From NCBI RefSeq assembly GCF_036321535.1, contig NC_087437.1, positions 48,176,001-48,240,000 on the forward strand: a stretch of DNA of 64,000 nucleotides, read 5' to 3'. A program made the position numbers and the translations under genes. This stretch comes from Camelus dromedarius. Lineage: Eukaryota. Positions 37,891 through 51,940 of the stretch are shown here, piece by piece. Below the pieces are notes generated by a model. It had not been told where the DNA came from. It searched no databases and saw nothing but the letters and a program-made list of their open reading frames with translations. The first letter of the stretch is position 1. Every line of letters begins with the position of its first letter.

Positions 37891-38679
37891 CTTTTACAAA
37901 TGTGAAACAAATAATTATATTTAAAGCTGAATAAAGGAATTTGGGAGTACACTAGTGATGATGAAATTTAGTTAATGCCACAAAAATGCTGATATCTGAA
38001 AATTTTTTTGATGATTAGTACCCTAAGGGAGGAAATGCAATGGAAGAATTGTTAGACTTAGGAAAAGTTGTAAATCCTCAGAAAAATTTGCAAACACATT
38101 TTTGGAATGTGATACAAATATTTACCTCATAATAATGAAAATGGCCTTGGTTTTGATATAAAGAGAGGGGATTTTATATTTTAAGAGTTCTTCTTAGAGG
38201 GAGAGATGAGCAATATTATATCAGTTAGAGAGGTGATATAATCTATAAAGAATGGAGAATTATTTCTCAGGGTAAACTCATGGTTTCTAATCCTGATTCA
38301 CATAATTCACATAATTTCTTACATTATCCTATTCTCCCTTACCTACTGTTAAAACAGACAGTTGTATGGGGGAGAATGAAAACTTAAGGCTATTTTTGAA
38401 AGAGGAAATAAAGAGTTTGATCTGATATATAATGCCTGTGGGTAAATGCTTGTAAAACTCTAACTTTTTAAAAGTAAAACAATCTTGGTATTTATTAAAG
38501 CTTAGGCAATTTTGTAGATCGATGGTATATATATTTTTAATTCCACAAAGAATGAATCACTAGAATCACTAGAATATTGTATGTTATTGTAATAAACATC
38601 TATGGTGCCTGAGTTTAGACTCTTATTTCCTTTCTGGACTAACTTACAAGAGTCTCCTAAATTTCTAAACACCGCCCCT

Positions 38680-39200
38680 ACCTTCATTCTAATTGATTCT
38701 CTACAATGCAATGAGAGTCAACATTCAAAAATAAATGTAAATTACTTTTTAAAAAGTCCTTCAACTCTCTTCTTTAACAAGAGGATAAAAATCCACATCA
38801 TTTTCAAGACAAGTAAAGATTTTCACTACTTTTTCCTCCTAAGCTTCTTTTCTCACAAGTCCCCAAATATAATCTAGGGTTATCCGGCTGCTTGCTCTCC
38901 CTGGAATATGCCACACTGGATTGCACCTCTGTGCCTTCACATATGCTGTTCCCTCCATTTGCCACTCCCTTCCTTCTTCTCCTTCATGTCCTGGGGAATT
39001 CAGAGGTTTGTTTCAAGGATTGCTCAAGTGTCAGCTCCACTGTGAAACTTTCCCTCACTCCTGCAGGCCTTGTTTATGACTGCATGCTGGTTTTACACAC
39101 ATGCCATGGTTGTTATCTCAAGACAATGTACACATCTGCCTTGCAGCAGAGGTGGTTCTTTCTTACACATCACTGTGTAAGAACCTCAGGGCTGTGAGTG
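38680..39200 (+). mobile_element. L2 fragment
   Basis: CCTCTGTGCCTTCACATATGCTGTTCCCTC..GCTCAAGTGTCAGCTCCACTGTGAAACTTTCCCT. Confidence 0.7.
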
Positions 39201-39409
39201 CTTACCCTTTAGTTTTCTGAAGTGATGCAGTCAACTTTTACTGAGTAAATATGCAAAAAGACCATGTCAATGCTAATGAAGGAAATAAATTATGGGTTTT
39301 ACCCATCTAGCAAAATAAGGAATTGGGCATTCAAAACAAATGGAGTCTTTTAAGTCCTCTAATGAAAAGTTATTTTCAGGCACACACAACATTAACTAAA
39401 TTAAGACTC

Positions 39410-39580
39410 ACAGAAGGATAGAGCTGAAAAGGGTGCTGGGAATCACATGGATCATGCATTTGATTTTCCAGATGAGGAACCTGAGGCATAGACAAGTTAA
39501 GGGATTAACCTGATCAAGGCCTCAGTCCCAGCCAACCTCTATGTCCAGCCCCAAAGCACTGGACTCCCAGGGCTTCAATG
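39410..39580 (-). mobile_element. MIR
   Basis: TTTTCCAGATGAGGAACCTGAGGCATAGACAAGTTAAGGGATTAACC. Confidence 0.7.
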
Positions 39581-39879
39581 CCTCAGGAAAACAAGTCTAA
39601 GAACTACCTGACCAACCGATTGGACCTTCCTGAAAACCAGGATGGGCCACAGGAGGCCTAGACCAATGCTGAAGATGTGATTCTTCCACCCAAGGTGAAG
39701 AAGAAAAGCTTTTGAGGTGAGATGGGGTGCGTGGGAAATTTGATAGATTCTCTTCTGTAATGAACTGATAAGCCTCATTCACACCAGCAAGTACTCCTAA
39801 GGAGACTGATTAAGTTTGGTAAATGGGATATAGGTCGAGCTTTGAAATTTCTAAGACTTTGAGAAGGAAAAATATTCAC

Positions 39880-40520
39880 AACATAAGAGGCAGATAATAG
39901 GCAATTATACTTAATATGCAAATACTTTTATGAATAAAGTTAAAAAAAATAATCCATTAAGAATGTGGGAGAAACCTAAATAGAAAATTCATAAAGAAGT
40001 ATAAATGGTCAATAAATATAAATGATAAACAAAAAAGTTAGCAAAAATAGTAATAATAAATAGGTACTTGAACATGGAAGCTCCATTGTCACTTATCAGG
40101 TTGGCAGATTTTTTTTTTTTTTTGTAAAGAAAATGCTCAGTATTCAGAGATTTTTGAATGAATATTTTTTACACTGCAGTGCGTATTGTCATTAATACAA
40201 CTTTTCTGGAGGATAGTTTGGTAATATGGATCAAGAGCTTCAAAAATGTTTATACCTGGTGACTTAGTATTTCCACTTTCAAGAATTTAAAAATAATCAC
40301 AAGTTTACACTACGATTTATATATGAAGCATCATTTGTAATAATGGAAAATTGAAACAACTTAAATGGTCAACAATAGGAAAATGATAATTTATTAATTT
40401 GGAGATAATGGGACACTATTGATCTTTAAAAATGGTGACTTGGAAACCAAAGCATGGAAAATATGAGGGTATATGTTAATGAAAAAAGTGGTTTCTGTCA
40501 TAATATTAATAATAGAATGG
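39880..40520 (+). mobile_element. L1ME-like 3' fragment
   Basis: AAATGGTCAATAAATAT..CTTTTCTGGAGGATAGTTTGGTAATATGGATCAAGAGC..TGACTTAGTATTTCCACTT. Confidence 0.75.
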
Positions 40521-43069
40521 GTATGTATATACAGGGAGTGTGTGTACACATACATGGGTATATGTGTATGTGTATACACATATTATATTTATATTATTAT
40601 ATATACTATTTACATTTAATTATTATATATAATAAATATATAATTCATTGCTATCTGACTCTGTATGAACATTCATTGTAATCACTTATAAAAAAATTAC
40701 ATAAAATTGACTAACCTATTCACTATCCAAATTTATTCTCTAAATTAAAAACAAAACTATAAGGGATTTGCAAATACTGTTTAGGGAAGATTTTCAGTTG
40801 TCCCTGAGTCCTGGCAAGAGGACATACAGAGTGCTGTAGGCTCACTGTACCTGTTCCCCACAGGAGAGTAAACATGCCATACGTTATCAGTACCATCTTC
40901 AAAACCCACTCTCTCCCGGATGGTCTAGACATTCAGCATTACCAGAGATCACTTCTGTGAGGTGTCTAAGGGTTCTACCAGCCCAGGCCCAACTCAGATC
41001 TTATTTTTAGTGTCTAACTCACTATTTTATCATTTACGTTACATACATACAGTTCATGTTTCCTGTAGTATAGAGGGAAATGGAATTTGTATTTGCAAAT
41101 GTACAGTCTCCACCTGTACTGCATGTAAACATACCTACTAATGAGTTCATTAAGAGTTTAATAATTAGGTTATTGGTGTTCTATATGCTTTATGTTATGC
41201 AGAAATTCTTGGTGTATTGTTACATTTATGTTTAAAAGTATTTTAATGATATTTGAGGAAATCACTTGGAAGGTTTTGATGGGCTGAGAACTTCTGTATT
41301 TAGAGTAATGAAAGATGGCTCTTTTTAACTGAATATTTGCTATCCAACATTTTTTGAGAAGCAGATTAAATTCAGATAATGAAGATAATGAGAGATTCTT
41401 GTGAGTAGTTTTGATTTTTGTCTGGAATGAAATGCACCTAAAATGCTAGCCATGTCTTCTCTATGATACTGTGAGTTTATGCTGTTTTACATTATATTTT
41501 CATGTTTTCTGAATTTTGTAAAATAAAGTTTTGCCATGAAGTTCTTCCAGTAAAGCAAAAGAAGGAAGAGAGATAAATGAGGGTCTCAGGACTTCAGTGA
41601 AGAAGCTGAACCACATTTGTATAATAAAGTGTGGGAAGAACGTGTTTTTGCATAAGTTTATCATGGTTGAAACCTAAATTTATGACATAGGTTCTGAGAA
41701 AAAGAGTTTATGAATAATTACTTAGCAAGAGCCTCTCTTTTTCTCTTTTGCATCTTAAGAATTCATATTACTTTGTGTCTCTTGAGTGGTATTGAGAGTC
41801 AGCAACTGGAATCACAAATTCTAGGCATTTAACATTAGTAGAGATACCCTGTATTTATATTATTCATAAAGAAGGAACATGAATATTTACAAGTATTGTT
41901 AAAACCGTGTGGTAGAGACAACCAAACAGTTTCTGTAAGGTAGCTGCCCCAAAGTTCTCCAGCCTTCAGGATTCTCTTCCTTTACTAAGAGCAGTGGAGG
42001 TTCTTTGTACCACTTGATCTAGCAGGAAGTCCTATTTGTCCTTACTTCCTCTTTCTGAGACTTCCCAGGGAGTACTTACAGGTCCCCTATTCATCTGGAT
42101 GGCTTCTTTGGGTTCCTTGCTTTCTTATAACTATTCTTTAGGCTTCTGTAGCAAGTGACATAATTATCCCATGTGTGAACACAGGTCCCATCTGAAATCC
42201 CCTAAACTTGTAAGACCAGACTGTAGTTTTTAATAAAACTTTATAGAAGACATGAAGTTAACAGAATAGGGTTTATAATATAGAAGATGGAAAACACAAC
42301 TGGAGGGTAGAGACACTGCTACTTCCAACTGGATGCTCTCCTGTTTCTCTTGGCTAATGCCGTATTGGAGGGGTCCGCTTTTCTCCATCATTTAGGAGTG
42401 ACTTTGAACAAGTACTCTTTGCTCTTGAGTCCAGGGCCCTGAAACCTAGACAGATTTTTGGTTTTCAGAAATGACACCCAATGAAGAGGGCCTTTTATTT
42501 TTTTATGCAGAGAATTGTCACTCCTCAATTTCCATTCAAGATCAGGATCTTGCTCTTAGTTGCCTTTCCAATGGTCCATTATTTCACAAACGAGAGAGCC
42601 CCGAGTGCAAAGGTGAAACCAAGCCCCCACCATGAATAACACACAGAAGTGCAGAAACTTTGAAATTAAAGCATATTTTTAAAAGTGTCAGTGCCCTCAG
42701 AATCAATTCCTTGGGCTTAGCTCAGTTTAAAGAAACTAATCTCTCCATTGTTCCCCCCATTCTCTCCAAAGTCTTTGAAAACAGAAAACTATTCAAAGTA
42801 TTTGAATGAGTATATCATGGCAGTCCTAACATTGGTTGGTTGGGGATATGTGCATAGGGTGTTTTCCAGAGCAGATATCAAGAGTCATGCTTTCCTTTTT
42901 CCCTGTTACCTTTCCAATGAACCATAGATGGGAAATTAAAATTAATAATATAGAAGTCCTTGTTATAAATTTAAGATATGCAAAATATTGTATCCCAGCT
43001 CAGTTATACACCAGACATATGTAGCTTTTTAAAATCATTGAATATCATTGGGCCTTAGTTTCCTCACCT

Positions 43070-43200
43070 ATAAAATGGGGATAACAATACCTACTATTAA
43101 AGTATGTTGCAAAGATTATAGATATATTCTGTAGAGCACTGAGCATGGTGTCTTACACATCACAGATGATGAATAAATTTTGATTATTGTGATTATAATT
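43070..43200 (+). mobile_element. MIR core and 3' part
   Basis: TAGTTTCCTCACCTATAAAATGGGGATAACAATACCTAC. Confidence 0.85.
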
Positions 43201-43209
43201 ATAATTCAA

Positions 43210-44950
43210 AGATTACATCTCCGACTCCCTTGCTCCCCTGTCCATCCGTCACAATCACCTGGCAAAAACTCAATTCTGATTAAATCCCATCTTCAACTAT
43301 TTTGATACCTGCAAAACATTGTTGGCCTCATCTTGAACTCAGGTCCACAAATCTCAAGTAGGTCTTTTGTGCTGCCCAGCAATCCTTCATTTCCTTAGTC
43401 AATTCACTATCTCATGCTTCTGATCCTCAATGACTCTTTCCCTCAACTTACTCTCAGCTGACTACTTCAATTTTTTTATTTCACTAGGTAAATACAAAAA
43501 ACCAAGATGATTTCGATACTCTCCTACCACCTCACCTGTTAATCTGCTTGCATCTGTGCCTGAATACTTTACTTTCCCTTTGTTTCAAAAGACAAAATTT
43601 CGGCTCCTAATGTCAACCCTTCTCCTTCTGAACTAGATCTCATTCTCTCTTGTCTCCTCAAGAACTTCACATGGGCAGTTTTTCCATTTCTCTCTTACAT
43701 TATAAACTATCTCCACTCTACTGCTCATTTCCATTAGCCTAAAAACATGATAATATCTCCCAACTTAAAATGCAACACATTCCTGACTCATTCTCCTCCA
43801 GTTATCAATCTTTTCTCAGTTCCTTTACAGTTAGACTCTTTAAGAGATTTGACTATTCCAGATGTTTTTACTTCCCTTTTTCTAATTTCTCAGGAATCCA
43901 CTCCATTAGGGCTTTCGACTATCCTGTATCATCAAAACTGCTTTGGCAAGGTCAGTGATGACCTTTATGTCATCAAATCTAATGGTCAGTTCTCAGTCTC
44001 CATCTTATTCGACCTGTTGGTGGCATCTGATACAGATTTTCACCTCCACCTCTTCAAATAGTTCCTTCATTTTGCCCCTAGGACATCTCTCTCTTTTGGC
44101 TTCCTTCCACTTTACCATCTGTTCCTTCTTCTTATCCATGGCTGGTTCTTCCTCAGTTGAACACAGATGTGCACTGGGACTCATTCCTTGAGCCTTGTCT
44201 TTATCTCCGCTCACTCTCTGGATGATCTCATCCAGTCTCATTCTTTACATTGATGATTCAGCACTTCTTTCTCCGGCCCTGTTCTTGCCTGTGAACTCCA
44301 GACTCACATTTCCCACTGCTTACTTAACATTTCCACTTAAATGCCTAATAAACATTTCAAACCTAACAGTTCCCCCAGTCAAACTCTTGTTTCCCACTTC
44401 CCTCTAAATCTATTCTTTCCACAGCTTCCCCACCTTTTCCAGTCGTTCAGGCAAAAAACCTTGAATTATTCTTGACTCTTCTCTTTCTGTCACATTCTAA
44501 CTCCAATCCGTCAGCCAATCCTGCCCACTCTACCTTCGAAGTAGGCTACTTCTTTCTACCTCTCCAGCTACCACTCTGGTTTTCACCTGGACATAAAACT
44601 AACTGTTGTTGCTTCCACCCTCATCCCTCTGTAGATTTTCTCCCACAGCAGCCAGAATAACTCTTTTAAAACACTATTCTGCTCAGTCTAAGTCCTTAGG
44701 CCTGCAACACCACATGGTCTGCCATAGTAACCTCTCTGATCTTGTCTTCTCTTATATTTCCTTTGGTTCATAAGTCGGCTCCAGGCAGATGGGCCTTCTT
44801 GCTGCTCCTCCACCACCCCAGGCATATTTCAGTCTTGGAAATTTGTACAGAGAAGTTCTTCCTCCAGTTATCTATATGGTTCATTTTCTCACTTCCTTCA
44901 AGTCTTTCCTCAAAAGTTATTATAAAAGATACTTCTCTGATCATTCTATC
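43210..44950 (+). mobile_element. Long L2 fragment including degenerate reverse transcriptase sequence
   Basis: ORF 43747-44061 contains KVSDDLYVIKSNGQFSVSILFDLLVASDT, resembling the L2 ORF2 motif KVTNDL..AKS.G.FSVLILLDLSAAFDT. Confidence 0.85.
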
Positions 44951-44954
44951 TGAA

Positions 44955-45715
44955 ATAGTTTTGGGTTTTGTCCTAGTTTCTAGCTTAGAGCTCCTAAAGC
45001 CATTGGAATTTCCAGTGATGAGAGTGATACAGGTATCTTTGTTATGTTAATGAGGTGACTTTAGACTGCACCTAAGTGTGGGGGCTGGTTGCCAGTAGAG
45101 CCAGCCAGATGCTTAGTGGGTTGAAACTTTCCCCCTCCCTCCTCCATCTCCAGGGCAGACAGAGGGACTGATGATTGGGTTCAGTTGCCAATTGCCAATG
45201 ATTTAATCAATCATGTCTACATAATAAAAACTCCACAAAGCCTCCAAAGGACAGAGTTCAGAGAGCTTCTGAGTTAGTGAATTTGTGGAAATTCAGGGAG
45301 AGTGGCCAGGGAAGCTTAGCACCCCTTCCCCATGCCTTTCCCTCACTATCTTTTCTGCCTGGCTGTTCCTGAGTTATATCTTTTTGTAATAAATCAGTGA
45401 TTTAGTAAATAAAATGTTCCTCTAGCTATGAGCTGCTCAAGCGAGTTAATTAAACACAAGGAAGGTGTCACTGGAACCTCCAATCTGTAGCCCGTCAGTC
45501 AGAAGCACAGGTGACAACCTGGACTTGCAACTGGCATTTGAGATGAAGGGCAGTCTTGTAAGACTGAGCCCTTAACATCTTGAACCTGATGCTATTTTCA
45601 GGTAGATAGTGTCAGAATTGTGTTGAATGGCAGGACATCCAGCTGGTGTCCAAGAATTGCTTGTATTGTGGGGAAGCCCTACACTCTCCCCAACACACAT
45701 TGAAATTGGTAATTA
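44955..45715 (+). mobile_element. MER21-like ERVL LTR (strand uncertain)
   Basis: AGAGCTCCTAAAGCCATTGGAATTTCC..GGGGCTGGTTGCCAG..CCAATGATTTAATCAATCATG..GGACTTGCAACTGGCAT..GATAGTGTCAGAATTG. Confidence 0.85.
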
Positions 45716-46589
45716 AAATCCTTAGTCTCCTTAACTGAAATACTAGTTCTATAAAAGAAAGGCTGATTATTGCTATATCCTTAAATACACACATACATAT
45801 ATACCCATGTATGTATACATAAATGTACACACACACGTAGATGTGTATTTGCATTATGTGTGTGTGTGTTTATATCTTTATTGAATAGATTACAATTCAG
45901 AGGACCTTCAACTCTCTGTATTTATTTAAGGCAGTATTCAGAGCCTGGGCAACTTCTCTGTGAAGCACTTTCTCTACCTGACCTCTTGTTCTGCTTGCTT
46001 TGAAGTGTGTTTTTCTCATTTTCTCACCCAATTTTGACTTCTGCTGACACAAACCAGTATTTCTGCCTCATATTCCATCTGACCACAACCAATGGCTGCA
46101 AGTGTTATGCTTGACTCACTTTAAATAGCCATGTCTAGCCTAACCTGTGATTTGTCCTCACAGATCAGTTTCCCTACTGTGTATTCCACATGCTACTTGG
46201 TGGTACAGCTGATACCAGCTCCATGTGCCACAACTTCCTGCGCAGTGCTTCACCTATTATACTGTGCTCTAAGTGTATTTTATATGAAAGGAAAAAAGAA
46301 AATAACCCAAATACATCCCATCAAGCACTTGAGAGGGCACTTGGACAGCTATCAATGAAGACATGGGGATGTACACTTTTCAAACAGTCCAATGTCTTAT
46401 ATCACCTGATTTGAAGAAAGCTATCCACACACTATTGGGGTTTTAAACCAGTCTTTGAGTTCCATGGTTTCTTATCCATTGATCCTTTGGCTTCTGTAGA
46501 AGTCATCATTTTCTCGCTAGTAATTACATGGCAGAGACAAACTTCTCTTACCATGAAACAACCATTGGCAGCACAAAAATTTTTCTAGG

Positions 46590-47160
46590 AATGTTATAGG
46601 TTCTTAATGGGAGTGAGCAATGTTATAATCTTCTAGAAGGCAACCTAGAAAAATGTGTTACATTACAAAATGTGCAAATGTTTTGGCCTCAAATTTCACT
46701 GTAAGAAATTTATCATAGGGATATACTCATTAAAGTGTATTATGATATAAATTCAAGGATGTCCACTGCAGTGCATTGTGAAATAGAAACATTTGGAAAC
46801 CACCTAAACTCAGCAAGGTCTTGGTTAAAGTGGACTTTTGAAAATGAATTTTTATGTAATCATTACAAAAGATGAGATGATTTTTATTATGTGTTGAAGT
46901 GGAAAGATGGCTATATTAATGATTTTAAAAGCATATTATAGAACATTATATAAAGTATGAACACATGAACTTAAAATACTTATTTGTGCATAGAGGTCCA
47001 GAAGGCTATGTTAAATCTGTTAACAGTGGATGCCTCTAGGGATTGGGATTGGGATAGGAGGTATATGTGTGTTGCAGAAGTGGGGAGGAGAGTGGAGATG
47101 AAGGGAACTTTTTTGGTCTACTTTCTTTATTATTTTATACTTGAAAACAAAATTAAAAAA
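46590..47160 (+). mobile_element. L1ME-like 3' fragment
   Basis: CAAGGATGTCCACTGCAG..TGGAAACCACCTAAA..TGTTAACAGTGGATGCCTCTAGGG. Confidence 0.65.
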
Positions 47161-47440
47161 TAATTTTATAATAAAAACGCATATTTTAATTTTGAAAAAA
47201 CCCTTTCTGAGAGCATCTGAAATTTCTAGCACAATAACATCTCTTGGAATTACTGTTAACTGTTCATGCCAATCTCATGTCACTTTATGTCTCCAGAACC
47301 AAGACATTTTGGGGTCAATGGGACCATTATTTCCTTATCTTTTTACTGCAGTGGAACCAGTATTTTCCCTCAGCTATGTCTTCATATAATTGAGTTTTCA
47401 TAATACATCTAATAGTATGTGTTATTTTAAATTTTCTCTT

Positions 47441-47489
47441 ATCTGTCTGTCTGTCTGTCTATCCATCCATCCATCCATCCATCCATCCA
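47441..47489. repeat. Compound (TCTG)n(TCCA)n microsatellite
   Basis: Directly visible. Confidence 0.95.
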
Positions 47490-48959
47490 GCTATCTAGCT
47501 AAATTCAGATACTGCAAAATGGCCCCAGGATCTTTATTTTAGAAATTCAACTACTGGATTTATGGATGAAACATTCACTATCAGGGTCTCTTGACACTGA
47601 TAAAGGATATAAGCCGTGTTCTCAGGCTGCATGGCTCAAGCGATGCTCTCTGAGGATCTGAGTGCTGCTTATTTTCTCCCCATGCACCCAAAAGCTATCA
47701 CATTGCTGTGAAGTGTTCTTCAGATATTGACAGGATAAGCCTAGAAACAACATCTCAGAAGCTTGGGGGGTGGAGCAAATACTTCTTGCAAAAGAAATAA
47801 ACAAAAATCATATTTGGTGTTTTTCTTTTCTTTTTAAAAAAAGTAAAAAAAGGCCAGAGAAACTGGTAGTTCCGGATGCTTCTTTAAGTTTTGTTAACCA
47901 AGTTCCTTGGATTGAAAAGAGACTGCCTTCTTTCATGCTGAGAGAAACAGAAATGGAAATTACTCCCATTGTTGCTTAGCTCAAACACTTGAGAATTTAT
48001 TGACAGTTCAGCAAAAATAGCTAAAGAAAAGGAGAAAAGGCTAAGCAGTCTGTATTAGGGCAAGTCCTTCTTCTGCAAAAATGATCATGTGAGGTCAGGT
48101 GTCCTTTAAGGCCATTAAAAGGACTTGTGGAAAAGGAAGAAACTATTCAGAATGAACCCCTAAAGAAATTTGAGAAATAGCCATTTTCTTTTGGGGCTCC
48201 TTCACCTACATGACCCATCCAGACTTCCAGCCTAGATCAGGCTGCCTGGTCCTCTCTCATCCCTCTCCCACTTCCATCCTGCAAAGTTTAGGGGCCCAGA
48301 TGTTAGGCAGGTGTGTAGTGGAAAGATCCCTTGGCTGGTCTTCAGATGTGCTGGCTTTTAGGGTTTCCTTCTAAGAGATTATGAGGATCTAGTGGCATAA
48401 AATAAGCATATGAGCCTTATGGCTTATCAAATATTATACAAAGGTAGAGCTGTTGTTATGATCATATTCTGTCCCTACTACTCAAAGCTCTGTGAGCTGA
48501 TGCAGGTCACTTAATCTCCCTCAGCTTTTGTTTCCTTAGCTGTAGGTAAGTGTGAAGGCAGTGAGTGTCTTTCTAATCTTGGGAACTATCATTGATATAA
48601 ATACTCTTAGGCACATGAGTCACTTGCTGAGAAAACCAAGATGCTTATACTGGTCCAGTGGCCTAAGGCAGAGCTCAGTAACCCAGAAATAGCTGGAAAT
48701 CAGTGTCTTATCTATCAGCTGCTCTTAACATTCAGGGTTCTTTTGTTTTCCCAAAGAACACCTGTGAGGATCCCAATCATCTGATTTACTTGTAATATGT
48801 ACACCTTTTCTCTGGCTTAAAGGATTGTCTGCAGCAGGGATTAAGTAGGGGTCATAGTTAAGGGAGATTTTGATAGGACTAGCCCCTTATATCCTAATAG
48901 GCCATTTACATTATCTGTACTTGTGCAAACATCGTCACTCCATCTTCCCATGAACCTGG

Positions 48960-49513
48960 TGAAGAGTCAGAGTGGGAGATGGCCATCATATTTTGGACCC
49001 TCTTCCTATTGAGAGGTTGGGCCTATGTTCCCTGTTCATGAATCTGGGTTGGCCTTGTGACTGCATGACCAGTAGAATATGGAGGAGGTATAACTGAGTC
49101 CATTTCTGGGCCCAAGCGTTAAGAGATTGGCAGTTTTTGCCTCGTGTCTTTTAGAACAAACACTCCAACAGCCCTTGTTAGAAGTCTAAGTACTTTGAGA
49201 CTGTCATACCAGAGAGACCACATGTAGGTACCTTGAGCCACAGTCCCAGGTGAGCCTGGCCTTCCACACAGTCCTGCTAAGGCATAGATATGAGAGTGAA
49301 GACATCTGGGAACCTCAGAACAGCCCATACTCAAGCTCAGTTCTACAGAGTGACCTCCGTCAATGCTGCGTGGAGCAGACACATTGCCTAGTTAAGGCCT
49401 GCTCAATTTCCTGATTCAGGAATCATAAGCCAAAATAAAATGGTTGTTGTTTTAAGCCACCAAATTATAGGTAGATACCTATATTACACAGCCACAGGTA
49501 GATAACTGCAACA
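48960..49513 (+). mobile_element. MLT1 (G/H-like) MaLR solo LTR
   Basis: GAATCTGGGTTGGCCTTGTGACTGC..GACCAGTAGAATATGG..; 3' end AATAAAATGGTTGTTGTTTTAAGCCAC..AGATAACTGCAACA. Confidence 0.85.
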
Positions 49514-49903
49514 GACAGTAATAATCCCACTTTATAGAAGAGCTCTGAAATGAGGTCGAGAACGCTATTGTGACTTAAGGACTTGCATGTAAACTGTCTT
49601 ACTAAAAATCCAGTCTACTGTGTCACATTTCTTCTTTATGATAATACTAATTTTTCTCTCTGAAGAATGGTCTTTTTAATCTCTAGACACATGCAGCTTA
49701 TCATGCCTTGTTGTACTGTTTCAGAAAGTTTAGGGCAAAATTTAAAGCTCAATTATATTAATTATAGATTTCACTCATCCCTAGTTCTCTATTTCTAATT
49801 TACGAACCTATGTTATGTCTTTTTCTTTAAGCTGATATAAATCTTTTTTGGAGAAAAGCGAAACATTTACAAATTCAATAAAATACTCATCATTGCCAAA
49901 CTC

Positions 49904-50049
49904 TTTTTATTATTAATTTCTTTTCTTTGGTTGGGGGGGTTCATTAGGTCTATTTATTTATTATTATTATTTTTTTAATGGAAGTTTTCGGGATTGAATC
50001 TAAGACCTAGTGCATGCGCTCTACCATTTGAGTTACACCATTCCTCCTA
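49904..50049 (-). mobile_element. tRNA-derived SINE, camelid Vic-1-like
   Basis: Reverse complement reads GGTGTAACTCAAATGGTAGAGCGCATGCACTAGGTCTTAGATTCAATCCCGAAAACTTCCATTAAAAAA..AAATAAATAGACCTAAT..CCCCCCC, with degenerate A/B boxes and an A-rich tail. Duplication CCAAACTC at 49896-49903 and 50050-50057. Confidence 0.85.
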
Positions 50050-50074
50050 CCAAACTCAGTTGATGGCCTTGTTT

Positions 50075-50196
50075 TAGAGTTGCCAGATAAAATACAGGAT
50101 ATAAGTATCTAAAATGTATTCATTGTATATCAATGAAATTGAAGTTCAAATTAATTAGGCAGCCCACAGTTTTGTTTGCTAGATGTGGCAACATTA
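50075..50196 (+). mobile_element. MER53-like hAT MITE, internally deleted
   Basis: Ends TAGAGTTGCCAGATAAAATACAGGA and TTTGCTAGATGTGGCAACATTA. Confidence 0.8.
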
Positions 50197-50519
50197 TCCT
50201 CTGTGCTAACTCCAAATATCTGTTCCTTACCAATTAACTCTGCTACTCATCTGGTTCAGGGGGAATCTCAACAGCCATGTGCAGTTCAAACCTACCTAGG
50301 TGGGAGATGGTAAACAGGTAACCAGAGTTCAAGAAGATTTATGCGAAACCTAAGGAGGTGTCTTCACCAAACAACAGCCCCAGGCAGAACTCCAGCAAAA
50401 AAAAAAAAAGTTGCTTTATTTCCTGCCTCCACTCTCCAGCCTCCCTGCCTATCTCTTTCTTCAATCTGGGATCCATTCCCATAGGGCCTTGCTTAAATTA
50501 GCTTTTATTGTCGGATCAG

Positions 50520-51130
50520 TTGTGTATTAAATACGTATTGAGAATCTACCACGTGCCAGGCACAGTCATGAACAGCTACTGAGGACTGAATCCATAAAAG
50601 AAAGGCCTCTGGACATAAGAGGAAAGAATTACCACATACTGAGAAGTGACATGATGCATTTTATATCTTACCACATGTAACAAAGTCCTGTGGGAAAGCC
50701 TTACAAAGAAGGTTCTGTTTGAGCTGAGACTTGTCAGAGAAGAGGAGTTTTCCAGGTGAAGGGGTCTGCTGGGGGAAGGACATTGCAGTCCGAGGGTGCA
50801 GCAAGTGAAATCTCCTGGAAATGTCCAGTGTGGCTGCCGTGGGGAGAGGGGAATACAGGCTGGACAGGAAGTTGGTTTGTGAGGGTCTTAGTAGCCAGCC
50901 AAGGTAACAGGATTTTTTATTTTTTTTCAAACAGACACTGTAAGCAATGAAGATTTTTAAGCCACAGAGTTAACAATAAGATATAATTTTGAGAATATTT
51001 CTGGGAGCAGTGTGGAGGACTGACCAGAGTAGGAAGACTAAATAGAGGACAACTGTGCTAATTATGGAGCATGACAATGAGGTGCTCAACCATGTTAGGG
51101 GCATTCAAACTGCAGAGGAGGGGCAATATT
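50520..51130 (-). mobile_element. L2 fragment
   Basis: TATTGAGAATCTACCACGTGCCAGGCAC..TTTGAGCTGAGACTTG..AGATTTTTAAGC..CTGGGAGCAGTGTGGAGGA. Confidence 0.75.
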
Positions 51131-51699
51131 CAAAAGAGAATTCTATAAGAGAACCACTGTGCCATGACAACTTGTTAAAAGCAGTTTTACAGATGGCCTT
51201 TGATTATCTGAAGTAATCAATATAAAAATAAATACACCTTTAATAGAAAAATCCCAGCATCTATGACAATGGAGGTACTATTTAAATATATTCAAAACAA
51301 ATTAGGGAGATGATTCTTTATTCTGTCCAGTCTTAAGGATTTTCTGATTGCTACCCTTACAAAAAATAGATTTGTTTTACTAGTCCTAGACTAGTTTTAG
51401 ACAGTCAAAATAAAATAAGGGCTGGAATAAATATCTATAGATAATTTGAGCAAACTTCCTGCTGCCCTATGTTCACACTTTGGCTGCCAGCCAGCCAGCT
51501 AGCTAGCTATGGAGCTGCCTTTTATTTATTAGTCTTGTGATGATGGCCAGTGCTCTTAGATCCTATATCCTGTGTCCTCATCTGTAAAAGGAGGGAAAGA
51601 AGACCTACCAGCCTGCCTGACAAAGTTATCATGGAGGTCCATTACAATGATTATTATATAATACACAACCAATGCTAAACACATCTTACGTTAGTAACA

Positions 51700-51940
51700 A
51701 AATAATAGTGAACATTTGTTGAGTGCTTACGATGTATCAGACTCTATGCTAAGCGATTTAAATGCATTCTGTTATTGATTTTTACAATGGTTTTTGTGTG
51801 GGTACTATTATGATCCCATTTTATAGATGAGGGAATTGAGGCTTAGAGGGATTAAGTAACTTGCCCAATATCTCGTGAATAGTATGTGATGGAACTGGAA
51901 TTCTAACACAGGTTGTCTCCTGACCACGCTCATAGTACTG
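51700..51940 (-). mobile_element. MIR, near full length; further MIR pieces at about 51530-51690 (+) and 52020-52250 (-)
   Basis: CCCATTTTATAGATGAGGGAATTGAGGCTTAGAGGGATTAAGTAACTTGCCCAA. Confidence 0.9.

Noticed and set aside
49981..50045. tRNA gene
   Set aside because: The A/B boxes are degenerate, and an A-rich tail and target duplication are present, so it is a SINE.
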